26,827 nt of DNA from positions 1-26,827 of IMG/VR virus record IMGVR_UViG_3300045235_000025; one strand, 5' to 3'. Source of the stretch: a virus (lineage: Duplodnaviria; Caudoviricetes). The notes under the pieces were generated by a model. It searched no databases. It saw only the letters and a program-made list of their open reading frames with translations, and was not told where the DNA came from. Made by a program: the position numbers and the translations under genes. The stretch's first letter is position 1; every line of letters begins with the position of its first letter. Shown here piece by piece: positions 7,375 to 15,607 of the stretch.

Positions 7375-7422
7375 TCTCTACATATAGTGAACCACACCCG
7401 GACCAACCACAAGATGAAGTAA
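7375..7422. promoter_or_regulatory. Tandem NrdR-box-like sites
   Basis: TCTCTACATATAGTGA (7375-7390) and CCACAAGATGAAGTAA (7407-7422), 32 bp apart; 12/16 and 9/16 matches to the idealised palindrome ACACTATATATAGTGT. Confidence 0.45.
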
Positions 7423-7512
7423 TTACAACGCTGTAGTTTTCCACTTCATTTCCACCGCCTGTGATCATTACCTGGGGAGAATGTTCGGCGGAGTTCCGCG
7501 TCTCTTGGGTGG

Positions 7513-7521
7513 TTATCCACA
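7513..7521 (+). promoter_or_regulatory. Perfect DnaA box
   Basis: TTATCCACA in AT-enriched intergenic DNA; one-mismatch TTTTCCACT at 7437-7445. Confidence 0.45.
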
Positions 7522-7634
7522 GGCTGGAGTCCCGAGAAGATTTTTCCCTCACACCTTCCCCCCGGCGTGTCAGTTCGCGGACCTCGGAGGGTCTACCCGT
7601 TAGGCACAGGTAAATCTCTCCGAGGAGGAAGCCC

Positions 7635-8156
7635 TTGGTAACCAGCGCGGAACGTTCCTCTGCAAAACGCGCACAGTTCCGCAAGCTACACGCCGACGGC
7701 CTCTCCGCCTCAGCGATCGCTCGCGAGCTCGGTGTCGCGAAGTCCACCATCTCTCGCTGGGCGAAGGCCGACGGGATCGGATTCGACCGAGCGAAGACCG
7801 CGGAGGCGACGGCCGCGAAGAGCATCGACCTGGCGGCGGCGCGTACGCGGCTTGCGGAGAAGATGGCGCACCGTGCCGAGCAGCTTCTCGATTCGCTCGA
7901 CGGCGAGTACCTCGTGTACAGCTTCGGCGGCCGCGACAACACGTACTCGGAGCATCTGCTCAAGAAGCCGCCCGTCGAGGTGATCCGCAACGCGGTCACG
8001 ACGGCAGGGATCACGTTCGACAAGCTGACCCGCATCGTGGAGAAGGATCCCGACGTGTCGGGTGCTGCTTCGGTGGTGCAGTCGCTCGAGGCAGGCATTC
8101 TCGCCGCGGCGGAGGTGCTGCGCGCACCAGGGACGGAGACAATCGAGGAGGCCTGA
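7635..8156 (+). CDS. HTH-domain terminase small subunit
   Basis: N-terminal HTH (GLSASAIARELGVAKSTISRWA), SD GAGGAGG with TTG start, directly upstream of terL. Confidence 0.8.
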   Translation: MVTSAERSSAKRAQFRKLHADGLSASAIARELGVAKSTISRWAKADGIGFDRAKTAEATAAKSIDLAAARTRLAEKMAHRAEQLLDSLDGEYLVYSFGGRDNTYSEHLLKKPPVEVIRNAVTTAGITFDKLTRIVEKDPDVSGAASVVQSLEAGILAAAEVLRAPGTETIEEA

Positions 8157-9443
8157 TTGGACGCGCTCGCCGGCCTCACTTCGATCATGTCGCGAGCGCA
8201 GCTCCTCTCGGTCGCGGACTGCACGCGGGCGAAGATCGCGCTCTGGTCCGGCGCCGTGCGCAGCGGCAAGACATTCATCTCGCTCTTCGCGTTCCTCTTC
8301 GCCGTGCTCCGCGCACCCAAGACCGGTGTGATCATCATTGTCGGCAGGACGCTCGACACGATCAACGGCAACCTGTTCAGCCTGCTCACGAACCCGGAGA
8401 TCTTCGGCCCCCTGGTGAAGCACGTGAAGTACACGCCGGGCGCGAAGACCGCGACCATCCTCGGTCGCACCGTGCACCTGTACGGCGCCAACGACGCGAG
8501 CAGCGAGACGAAGATCCGCGGCCTCACCGTCAGCCTCGCCTACGTCGACGAGGCGACCATCATCCCCGAGGCGTTCTGGGACATGCTCGTCACCCGTCTC
8601 AGCGTCGACGGCGCCCGACTCCTCGCGACCACGAACCCCGGCTCGAAGTCGCACTGGCTGCGGAAGCAGTGGATCCTCAAGGCCCGCAAGAAGTCGCTCA
8701 TCCACTTCGCGTTCACCATGGACGACAACCCCTCGCTGAGCGACCGGTTCAAAGCCGAAATGAAGGCCTCGTATGCCGGCGTCTTCTACCAACGCTTCAT
8801 CCGCGGCGAATGGACCAACGCCGAGGGCGCCGTCTACCCCATGTGGGACGAGCAGAAGCACCTCATCCGTCACGCCGACCTCCCTCCCATCGCACGCACG
8901 CTGGCTGTGGGCATGGACTACGGCACCACCAACGCCACCGTGGCGCTGATCCTCGGCATCACAGACGAAGAACAGCCGCGGCTCGTGTTCATCGACGAGT
9001 GGCACTACGCCAGTTCGGAGCACCACGGCGAGACCCTGCCCGACATCGAACTCAGCCGCCGCTTCCGTGAGTGGCTGCGCACACAGCACGGCACCGATGA
9101 CGTCTACGTGCCGGCCCCCGAGTTCGTGTTCCTCGACCCCTCCGCCGCGTCCATGCGCTCCCAGCTCCACAACGACCACGTCACGTCGTGGGCCGCCGAC
9201 AACGCCGTGCTCGACGGCATCCAGACCCTCGGCTCACTCCTCGCGCAGGGCAAGCTCCTGGTCACCGACCGCTGCAGCACCTTCCTCGCCGAAGTCACCG
9301 AGTACGAGTGGGACTCGAAGGCAGCCGAGGACGGCAAGGACGAAGTCGTCAAGCGCGACGACCACGCCATGGACGCCGGCCGCTACGCGGTGCAGTCGAC
9401 CGTCGGGCAGTGGCACTACGAGATTTACGGCCTCCCTGTCTAG
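8157..9443 (+). CDS. terL: Terminase large subunit (PBSX/SPP1-like)
   Basis: Walker A GAVRSGKT, Walker B YVDE, TTNP coupling motif, nuclease motifs GMDYG, DPSA and DHAMDAGRY. Confidence 0.95.
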   Translation: MDALAGLTSIMSRAQLLSVADCTRAKIALWSGAVRSGKTFISLFAFLFAVLRAPKTGVIIIVGRTLDTINGNLFSLLTNPEIFGPLVKHVKYTPGAKTATILGRTVHLYGANDASSETKIRGLTVSLAYVDEATIIPEAFWDMLVTRLSVDGARLLATTNPGSKSHWLRKQWILKARKKSLIHFAFTMDDNPSLSDRFKAEMKASYAGVFYQRFIRGEWTNAEGAVYPMWDEQKHLIRHADLPPIARTLAVGMDYGTTNATVALILGITDEEQPRLVFIDEWHYASSEHHGETLPDIELSRRFREWLRTQHGTDDVYVPAPEFVFLDPSAASMRSQLHNDHVTSWAADNAVLDGIQTLGSLLAQGKLLVTDRCSTFLAEVTEYEWDSKAAEDGKDEVVKRDDHAMDAGRYAVQSTVGQWHYEIYGLPV

Positions 9444-9951
9444 CCGTGCGTGCTGTTGAATCCCGCCGATGCGCTCGGATTATCTCGCGGATCTCGCGCT
9501 CATCCAACTTCGCAAGCACACGTCGGCGCCGAGAATGCGCCCGCGATTTGACAGAAAGCATCAAGCCGCCGACAGCCAGGAGAGTGCTGCCAAACGCAAA
9601 CCACAATGAGTTGCTCGAAATATACGACTGCGCTCCAAAGAGTTGGTACCCACGAATCGCGTCAAAGAGCATCACTACTGTCCCGATCGCACCAGCGAAG
9701 TAGAGGCAGAAGCCCAAGATGAACCAGTACAGACTGGTACCTCCTCGTTCCCGCCGGACTACATCGCGGGAAACCCAGTCGATTGCCTCCAGAATGTTGG
9801 ACCGCGCGATCGAGGGATCAGGCAGCCCTTCGAGAGTCGCCACGAGCGACTCCAGCTTTCTGCTTGGGCCAGCCCCAGCTCGCCACGCCAGAAAGAACGG
9901 CAGCGCAGCGGCTACTACGCCCACAAAGGTAAGTATCAGACCAGCATCCAT
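9349..9951 (-). CDS. Moron-like multi-pass membrane protein (three hydrophobic segments)
   Basis: Start trimmed to MDAGLILTFVGVVAAALPFFLAW; lower GC; lies between terL and portal; its 3' end overlaps terL by 95 nt. Confidence 0.75.
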   Translation of the reverse strand: MDAGLILTFVGVVAAALPFFLAWRAGAGPSRKLESLVATLEGLPDPSIARSNILEAIDWVSRDVVRRERGGTSLYWFILGFCLYFAGAIGTVVMLFDAIRGYQLFGAQSYISSNSLWFAFGSTLLAVGGLMLSVKSRAHSRRRRVLAKLDEREIREIIRAHRRDSTARTARQGGRKSRSATARRSTAPRSGRRPWRGRRA

Positions 9952-9981
9952 AGCTCTTGACCATACCGGGAGGTAACCACC

Positions 9982-11550
9982 ATGCCGATGCCTGCCGCGA
10001 ACACCCCCTGGCCCCCGCCCGCCTGGGCTGACGCCTACGCCCAGTACGCGGAGAACGACGCCTGGCTCACCGGCGACACCCGGGCCCTCGCGTCTATCTA
10101 CGGGGCTCAGGGCGGCGGAGCGACGCACACCCGCCACGGGCAGGCCCGCCGCGGTGGCCTCGCCGGCGCCATGTCGACCATGATCTGGGGGCGCCCCGTC
10201 CCCGCCGGCCAGCAGCGCACCCGCCTCCACGTGCCCATCCCCGCGGACCTCGCGACCCTCGCGTCCGACCTGCAGTACTCGGATCCGCCCGAGACGAGTT
10301 TCGCCGGAGACGAGCAGCACGATGAGAAGGCGCTCGCTCGCCTCGACGGCCTCATGAACAGCGACGAGGCTCACGCGATGTTCAACTCGCAGGGAGAGAT
10401 CAAGTCAGCGCTCGGCGCGACCGTGATCATCCCCCGCTGGGACACCGAAGTCGAGGATCACGTGTGGCTCGACTACGCGGCAGCCGACGCCGCCGTGCCC
10501 GTGTTCCGTCAGCGCCGCCTCGTCGAGGTGACGCTCTGGTCCGAGTACCTCGATGGGCACGTGTACTGGCGGCACCTCGAGCACCACGCCCCCGGCTACA
10601 TCGAGCACGCCCTCTACCGCGGCACCCAGACGAACCTCGGCCAGCGCGTCCCGCTGCAGGAGCGACCCGAGACCGAGGCCTACGCCGCGCTGGTCGACGG
10701 TGAGAGCAGGATCCTTACCGGCATCGACCGCCTCACCGCCGGCTACCTCCCGAACGCTCCCGCCTGGTCCTGGCGGAAGCAGGGCGTGCTCGCCGACGCG
10801 GGCCGCTCCGACTTCAACCAGTGCATCCCGCTGTTCGGCGCCATGGACGAGGCGTTTTCCTCGTGGATGCGAGACCTCAAGCTCGGCGCCGGCCGCCTCA
10901 TCGTCCCCGAGGCCTACCTCCGTAGCCTCGGGCCTGGCGCTGGCGCAGCGTTCGACACCTACCAGGAACTATTCCTCGGACTCAACACTCCGGGCAAGGC
11001 GGGCGACGGCATGGACCTCACCCCGCAGCAGTTCCAGATCCGGGTCGAGGAGCACGAGCAGACGATGCGCGGCATCATGCGCGAGATCCTCCGCAAGGCC
11101 GGATACTCACCGTCGTCGTGGGGCGACCCGGACCAGAAGGGCGGGCAGGCGACGGCGACGGAGATCGAGCAGCGCACCGAGCAGACCGAGCGCACCCGGG
11201 CGAAGAAGAACCTCTACGATCGGCGCGTGCTCTCCCGCATGGGGAGCGTTGCGCTCGAGCTCGACGGGCTGCTCTTCCCCGGGAAGGGCGGCGGACGGTA
11301 CGACCTCAACGTGCAGTTTCCCGACCTGTCTCGCACCGATCCGAAGGCCGAGGCGGAGACGATCGGCATCCTCAAGCTGGCTGATGCGATCTCGCAGTGG
11401 CAGGCCGTGAAGCGCGTGAACCCCGAGTGGGACGACGACCAGGTGCAGGCCGAGGTCGACCAGATCCTCAAGGAGAAGGGCGCGCAGCAGCCGCCCGACC
11501 CGGTCACGTTCGGCCGCGTCGACGACGAACCCGAAGACGACGAGCAGTAG
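9982..11550 (+). CDS. Portal protein (SPP1 gp6/A118-like)
   Basis: Position after terL, 522 aa, motifs WPP, F...R.EEH and TATEI; SD GGGAGGT. Confidence 0.92.
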   Translation: MPMPAANTPWPPPAWADAYAQYAENDAWLTGDTRALASIYGAQGGGATHTRHGQARRGGLAGAMSTMIWGRPVPAGQQRTRLHVPIPADLATLASDLQYSDPPETSFAGDEQHDEKALARLDGLMNSDEAHAMFNSQGEIKSALGATVIIPRWDTEVEDHVWLDYAAADAAVPVFRQRRLVEVTLWSEYLDGHVYWRHLEHHAPGYIEHALYRGTQTNLGQRVPLQERPETEAYAALVDGESRILTGIDRLTAGYLPNAPAWSWRKQGVLADAGRSDFNQCIPLFGAMDEAFSSWMRDLKLGAGRLIVPEAYLRSLGPGAGAAFDTYQELFLGLNTPGKAGDGMDLTPQQFQIRVEEHEQTMRGIMREILRKAGYSPSSWGDPDQKGGQATATEIEQRTEQTERTRAKKNLYDRRVLSRMGSVALELDGLLFPGKGGGRYDLNVQFPDLSRTDPKAEAETIGILKLADAISQWQAVKRVNPEWDDDQVQAEVDQILKEKGAQQPPDPVTFGRVDDEPEDDEQ

Positions 11551-11565
11551 CGCGAGGGGGTCGCC

Positions 11566-13161
11566 ATGGCAGAGCAGTGGCCCGGCGACTCCCCCGCCGC
11601 GTGGATCGACGACATCGGCCACGCCATCGCGGAACGCTACCGGCGCATCGAGGACGCCCTGCGGGAGACGCTCGAGCGGCTCGCTGACCAGCACCTCGAC
11701 GCGCCGGACGACATGCTCGCCCGTTATCGCGCGATCCAGCACCTGCGAGAGCAGGCCGAACGGCTCGTGCGCACCGTCGATCCGGACGAGCTCGCGCGCT
11801 GGGCGACCGCTGAGGCGGCGATGGGCGCGTCGGCGGAGATCTCCCGCGTCCTGCTCGACTTCCCCGCCTACGCCCCGTCGAGCGTCTCCGCGCTAACCGC
11901 GGGCGGCGCCTACGCAGTGGCCGCCGTCGAACTCGACCTTCGCGACGCGCTCCGCGCCCTGAACGCACGGATCCTGCGCGCCCCGGCCGACGCCTACCAG
12001 GCGATGACGTCGAAGCACATCGGCGCCTTGTTCGCGGGCATGACGACGTCGCAGGCGCTGCACCGTCGCATCCTCGACGAGTACCTCGCCGACGGCGTCA
12101 CCGGCTTCGTCGACAAGGGCGGGCGCCGGTGGACGATCGGCGCCTACTCGGAGATGGCTACGAGGAGCGCCGCGGCGCGCGCCTGGCGCGACCAGAGCGT
12201 TGCGTCCATGTCGGCGGCCGGTATCACGACGTTCACGCCCGTGATCGGATCCTCGGCATGCTCGAAGTGTGGGGCTTGGCAGGGCAAGGTCGTCACCGAC
12301 GGCGGCCCCGTCGGCGACATCATCGTGCCGCACGCCATCACCGCGGCGCCCACCCCGCTGCACGTCGACGGGACGCTCGCCGAGATGCGTGCCGCCGGGT
12401 GGGGACACCCGAACTGCCGGTGCACCCTCATCCCGGGCTTGCCGGGAGGAACGGACACGAACAGGCTCACCACGCACGACCCGCAGAGGCAGGCCGAACG
12501 GGAGAAGCTGCGCGAGCTGGAGCGCGACGTGCGCGCCGCGAAGCGAGACGGGGACCCCGACGAGATCGGTGCAGCGCAGGCCGCGCTCCGCAAGCATGTG
12601 CAGGAGACGGGCATCATCCGGCGCTCCTACCGAGAGCAGCTCGACTTCGCCGACGGCGGCACGAGCAACCCGCGCGGCCGGCAGACGCCCACCCCGCCAC
12701 TCATTCCCCGCGAGGAACAGACGTGGGCACAGCGGCAACGCCGCCTCGGTTTCCAGACCGGCCCCCGCTGGGATCTCGAACCGCACGAGGTGCTCTTCTA
12801 CGAGCGCTTCACAGACGCCGGCCACCAAGTGCGGCTCATCCCGAAGAGCACGAACCGGAAACCGACGAACGACTTTCGGTGGCTCTCGCATGACGGCATC
12901 GAGGTCGAAGTGAAGCGGCCCGCGAACCCGAGCTACGCGTCAAGCAAGCAGCTCGTGCAACGAGCAGTCGAGAGAGCCCGGAAGAACCACGGCTTCACCA
13001 AGGACCGGTTCATCCTCGACTTCGGCGAGCACGTCCTCGACGAACTCGTGCGGACGCAACTAGGCGAGTACAACTCGCGGAACCCGTTGAACCAGATCCG
13101 CGAGCTGTGGGTGTGGTCCCGCGGCGCACTCGTTCCGATCGCGCTCGACGCAAAGAAGTAG
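11566..13161 (+). CDS. MuF-type minor capsid protein with a C-terminal PD-(D/E)xK nuclease-like (CdiA-CT-like) extension
   Basis: FVDKGGRRWTI..Y.EMATR, CxxC..WQGK and HPNCRC motifs; tail contains PTNDF...EVEVK...FILD. Confidence 0.85.
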   Translation: MAEQWPGDSPAAWIDDIGHAIAERYRRIEDALRETLERLADQHLDAPDDMLARYRAIQHLREQAERLVRTVDPDELARWATAEAAMGASAEISRVLLDFPAYAPSSVSALTAGGAYAVAAVELDLRDALRALNARILRAPADAYQAMTSKHIGALFAGMTTSQALHRRILDEYLADGVTGFVDKGGRRWTIGAYSEMATRSAAARAWRDQSVASMSAAGITTFTPVIGSSACSKCGAWQGKVVTDGGPVGDIIVPHAITAAPTPLHVDGTLAEMRAAGWGHPNCRCTLIPGLPGGTDTNRLTTHDPQRQAEREKLRELERDVRAAKRDGDPDEIGAAQAALRKHVQETGIIRRSYREQLDFADGGTSNPRGRQTPTPPLIPREEQTWAQRQRRLGFQTGPRWDLEPHEVLFYERFTDAGHQVRLIPKSTNRKPTNDFRWLSHDGIEVEVKRPANPSYASSKQLVQRAVERARKNHGFTKDRFILDFGEHVLDELVRTQLGEYNSRNPLNQIRELWVWSRGALVPIALDAKK

Positions 13162-13214
13162 GGCCCTAGCCCGGCCGTTTGATTGTCCGGGGAGGCCCTA
13201 CACCCACCAGTGTA
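13152..13214 (-). ncRNA. Putative ~50-nt hairpin RNA with its own -10 box, antisense to the MuF stop region
   Basis: Minus-strand TACACT (13209-13214) lies 7 nt upstream of a bipartite stem (13158-13201), which is followed by TTCTTT. Confidence 0.4.
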
Positions 13215-13279
13215 CGCCGATCCGCGGCGTTCCACCATGCCCGCACGCGGGCCAAACCCTGCCTGAGGAGGCACGACCC

Positions 13280-13969
13280 ATGAACACCACTTTTCGACAC
13301 CAGGGCGACCCCGTGCAGTGCGGATGGTCGATCGGCCGAGCACCGCTCGCGCTCCGCGGCATCCGCTTCATCGAGGGTGAGGGCAGCGCCCCGCCCGCGG
13401 CACCCCCGGCCGGCGGCGGCCAGGCACCCGCGGGGCAGGCGCCCGCCGCTCCCCCTGCGTCGCCGGCCGCCGTCGCCGCGATGCTCGCGCACCTCGGCAA
13501 GGCGAACCCGCCCGCACCGCAGGCACCAGCACAGCCGGCAGCACCGCAGCAGATCCAGGGCTTCACGCCCGAGCAGGTGCAGAAGCTCATGGCCGACAAC
13601 GCTGCAGCCCAGAAGGCCCTCGATGACGCCCAGACTGCCGCCCAGCAGGCGCAGAAGGAGCGGGACGAGTTCCAGGCCCAGCTCTCGCAGTTCCAGCGCG
13701 AGAAGGCTGTCACGACTGCCGCTGATGGGAAGGCGAACGCCGCCCTGCTTCTCGACAGCGCGAAGTTCCAGGCCGCAGTCAAGGACGTCGACCTCGCCGA
13801 CACCGCGAAGCTCGGTGCCGCGATCGAGCAGTTCGTGAAGGACCACCCCGCCTACGCGGTCGCGCCGACGCCGCCGCTCCCCCACACGTCCGGCGGGACC
13901 CCCGCCGGTGGAACGACCACCAAGCCCACCACGCTGCAGGGCGCCGTCTCGGCCGCCCTCAGCAGCTAA
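13280..13969 (+). CDS. Scaffolding protein
   Basis: P/A-rich N-terminus, coiled coil, LLDS..F and ..HP.Y motifs, directly upstream of the capsid gene; SD GAGGAGG. Confidence 0.85.
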   Translation: MNTTFRHQGDPVQCGWSIGRAPLALRGIRFIEGEGSAPPAAPPAGGGQAPAGQAPAAPPASPAAVAAMLAHLGKANPPAPQAPAQPAAPQQIQGFTPEQVQKLMADNAAAQKALDDAQTAAQQAQKERDEFQAQLSQFQREKAVTTAADGKANAALLLDSAKFQAAVKDVDLADTAKLGAAIEQFVKDHPAYAVAPTPPLPHTSGGTPAGGTTTKPTTLQGAVSAALSS

Positions 13970-13985
13970 CCGAAAGGAGTAGCCC

Positions 13986-14966
13986 ATGCCCGTATCCCTG
14001 GCAGAGGCCAAGAACAACGCCCAGGAAGACCTGGACGTCGCCGTGATCGACGAGTTCCGCAAGGAGTCCGTCATCCTCGACACCCTCACCTTCGACGACG
14101 CCGTGAACCCGGCCGGCGGGGGCGCAACCCTCGACTACGGGTACCGTCGCCTGAAGACCCAGCCCACCGCCGCGTTCCGTGCACTCAACACGGAGTACAC
14201 CCGGCACGAGGTCACCACGGAGAAGAAGACCGTGACGCTCGCGCCCCTCGGCGGGTCGTTCCAGGTCGACCGCGTCATCGCGAAGGTCGGGCCCGCAGCA
14301 TCGTCTGCGGTCACCCTGAACCTCTCGCAGAAGATCAAGGCAACCGTGACCAAGTTCCAGGACGAGGTCATCAACGGCGACACCGCAACCGACGCGAACG
14401 GGTTCGACGGCCTCGACAAGGCCCTCACCGGCACCTCCACCGAGATGTCGGCGTCCGCGGACTGGACCGACTTCGACGCGGACGAACGGTCCGCGTTCAA
14501 GGCTCTGGATCTGCTCGACGAGTTCCTCGCACTGCTCGACGGCACCCCGACCGTCATCCTCGGCAACGCGAAGGGCCTCGCGAAGGTCCGCGCGATCGCT
14601 CGCCGCTCCGGCATGTACGTACGCGACCCGTTCGATGACCTCATCGGCGCGAACGGCCGCCCTATCACCCGCGAGTCGTACGGCGGGATCTTCTTCGCCG
14701 ACCCCGGCGCGAAGGCCGGCACCAACACGCCGATCATCCCGATCGAGGCGGACGGCACGACGTCGATCTACGCCTACCGGGTGGCCCTCGACGGCTTCCA
14801 CGGCGTGTCCACCGCGGGCGGTCAGCTCGTCGAAACCTGGCTGCCCGACTTCACCACCGCGGGCGCGGTGAAGACCGGTGAGGTCGAGCTCGGCCCCGTC
14901 GGCGTCGCGCTCAAGTCGACGAAGGCCGCGGCAGTCCTGCGCGGCGTCAAGGTGCAGGGCGCCTAA
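13986..14966 (+). CDS. Major capsid protein
   Basis: 326 aa, strongly biased codons, SD GAAAGGAG, motifs LGGSFQVDR and INGD....FDGL. Confidence 0.92.
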   Translation: MPVSLAEAKNNAQEDLDVAVIDEFRKESVILDTLTFDDAVNPAGGGATLDYGYRRLKTQPTAAFRALNTEYTRHEVTTEKKTVTLAPLGGSFQVDRVIAKVGPAASSAVTLNLSQKIKATVTKFQDEVINGDTATDANGFDGLDKALTGTSTEMSASADWTDFDADERSAFKALDLLDEFLALLDGTPTVILGNAKGLAKVRAIARRSGMYVRDPFDDLIGANGRPITRESYGGIFFADPGAKAGTNTPIIPIEADGTTSIYAYRVALDGFHGVSTAGGQLVETWLPDFTTAGAVKTGEVELGPVGVALKSTKAAAVLRGVKVQGA

Positions 14967-14975
14967 CCATCCCCA

Positions 14976-15012
14976 CCGTGTGGGCCGCAGCACCAGCGCG
15001 CGGCCCACACGG
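14976..15012 (+). terminator. Hairpin after the major capsid gene (terminator or mRNA stabiliser)
   Basis: 13-bp stem CCGTGTGGGCCGC/GCGGCCCACACGG, no long U tract. Confidence 0.55.
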
Positions 15013-15040
15013 CCACTTCCACCCTGAGGAGGGACACACC

Positions 15041-15361
15041 ATGGCACCCAAGATTCACACGCCCGTGAAGGGCTTCACCGGTGAGGTCGCCGGTGTGCAC
15101 TTCGCCGACGGCGTCGGCGAGACCGACGACAAGAACTCGCTCGCCTATTTCAATCGCCACGGCTACAAGATCGAAGCCGGCGACGAGGGCAAGGAGCTGA
15201 CGCCGAAGCAGAAGCTGCAGGCGGAAGCGAAGTCACTCGGGCTCTCGGATGAGGGCACGAAGGACGAGCTGGACGCTCGCATCGCGGAGCACAAGGCGAA
15301 GGCTGCGCAGAAGCCCGCCGAGGATCCGCCCGCCGGCGACGAGGGCAAGGAGCAGGGCTGA
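15041..15361 (+). CDS. Small virion-associated protein with a SAP/HeH-like helical module
   Basis: SD GAGGAGGG before MAPKIHTPV; L...AK.LGL...GTKDEL..RI pattern. Confidence 0.75.
   Translation: MAPKIHTPVKGFTGEVAGVHFADGVGETDDKNSLAYFNRHGYKIEAGDEGKELTPKQKLQAEAKSLGLSDEGTKDELDARIAEHKAKAAQKPAEDPPAGDEGKEQG
15176..15353 (+). repeat. Perfect 22-nt direct repeat
   Basis: GCCGGCGACGAGGGCAAGGAGC at 15176-15197 and 15332-15353. Confidence 0.95.
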
Positions 15362-15597
15362 TGCCCCGCTACCGTGACCCGCGCGCACCGTCCGGCCGCG
15401 TGGTCTTCGGCGGCGTGCCGTTCGTCGACGGCGTGACGGCCGACATCGAGCCCGGTGACGGCACCCGCGAGCTGTTCGGGTCGGCTGGGATCACTGAGGT
15501 CGCGGCCGACACCGTCGAGTCCACGCCTGACGCTGAGAGCGCTCCGTCGCCCGACGAGCCCGACACCGCCAAGCCCGCGCCCCGGCGCCGCAAGTAG
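15361..15597 (+). CDS. Small hypothetical structural-region protein
   Basis: TGATG overlap; GV.F.DGV motif shared with the preceding gene. Confidence 0.75.
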   Translation: MPRYRDPRAPSGRVVFGGVPFVDGVTADIEPGDGTRELFGSAGITEVAADTVESTPDAESAPSPDEPDTAKPAPRRRK

Positions 15598-15607
15598 AGG
15601 AGCAGAG

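Noticed and set aside
7219-7422. 67-aa + strand ORF in the track
   Set aside because: TTG start without an SD and a strong terminator in the middle; better explained as sRNA plus regulatory DNA.
7437-7521. DnaA boxes as a replication origin
   Set aside because: Only one perfect box, no iteron array or clear unwinding element, and far from the replication genes; kept as a regulatory candidate only.
13175-13186. Hairpin apex as a tRNA anticodon mimic (TTG or GAT)
   Set aside because: The loop cannot be cleanly drawn as a 7-nt anticodon loop on either strand; too speculative.
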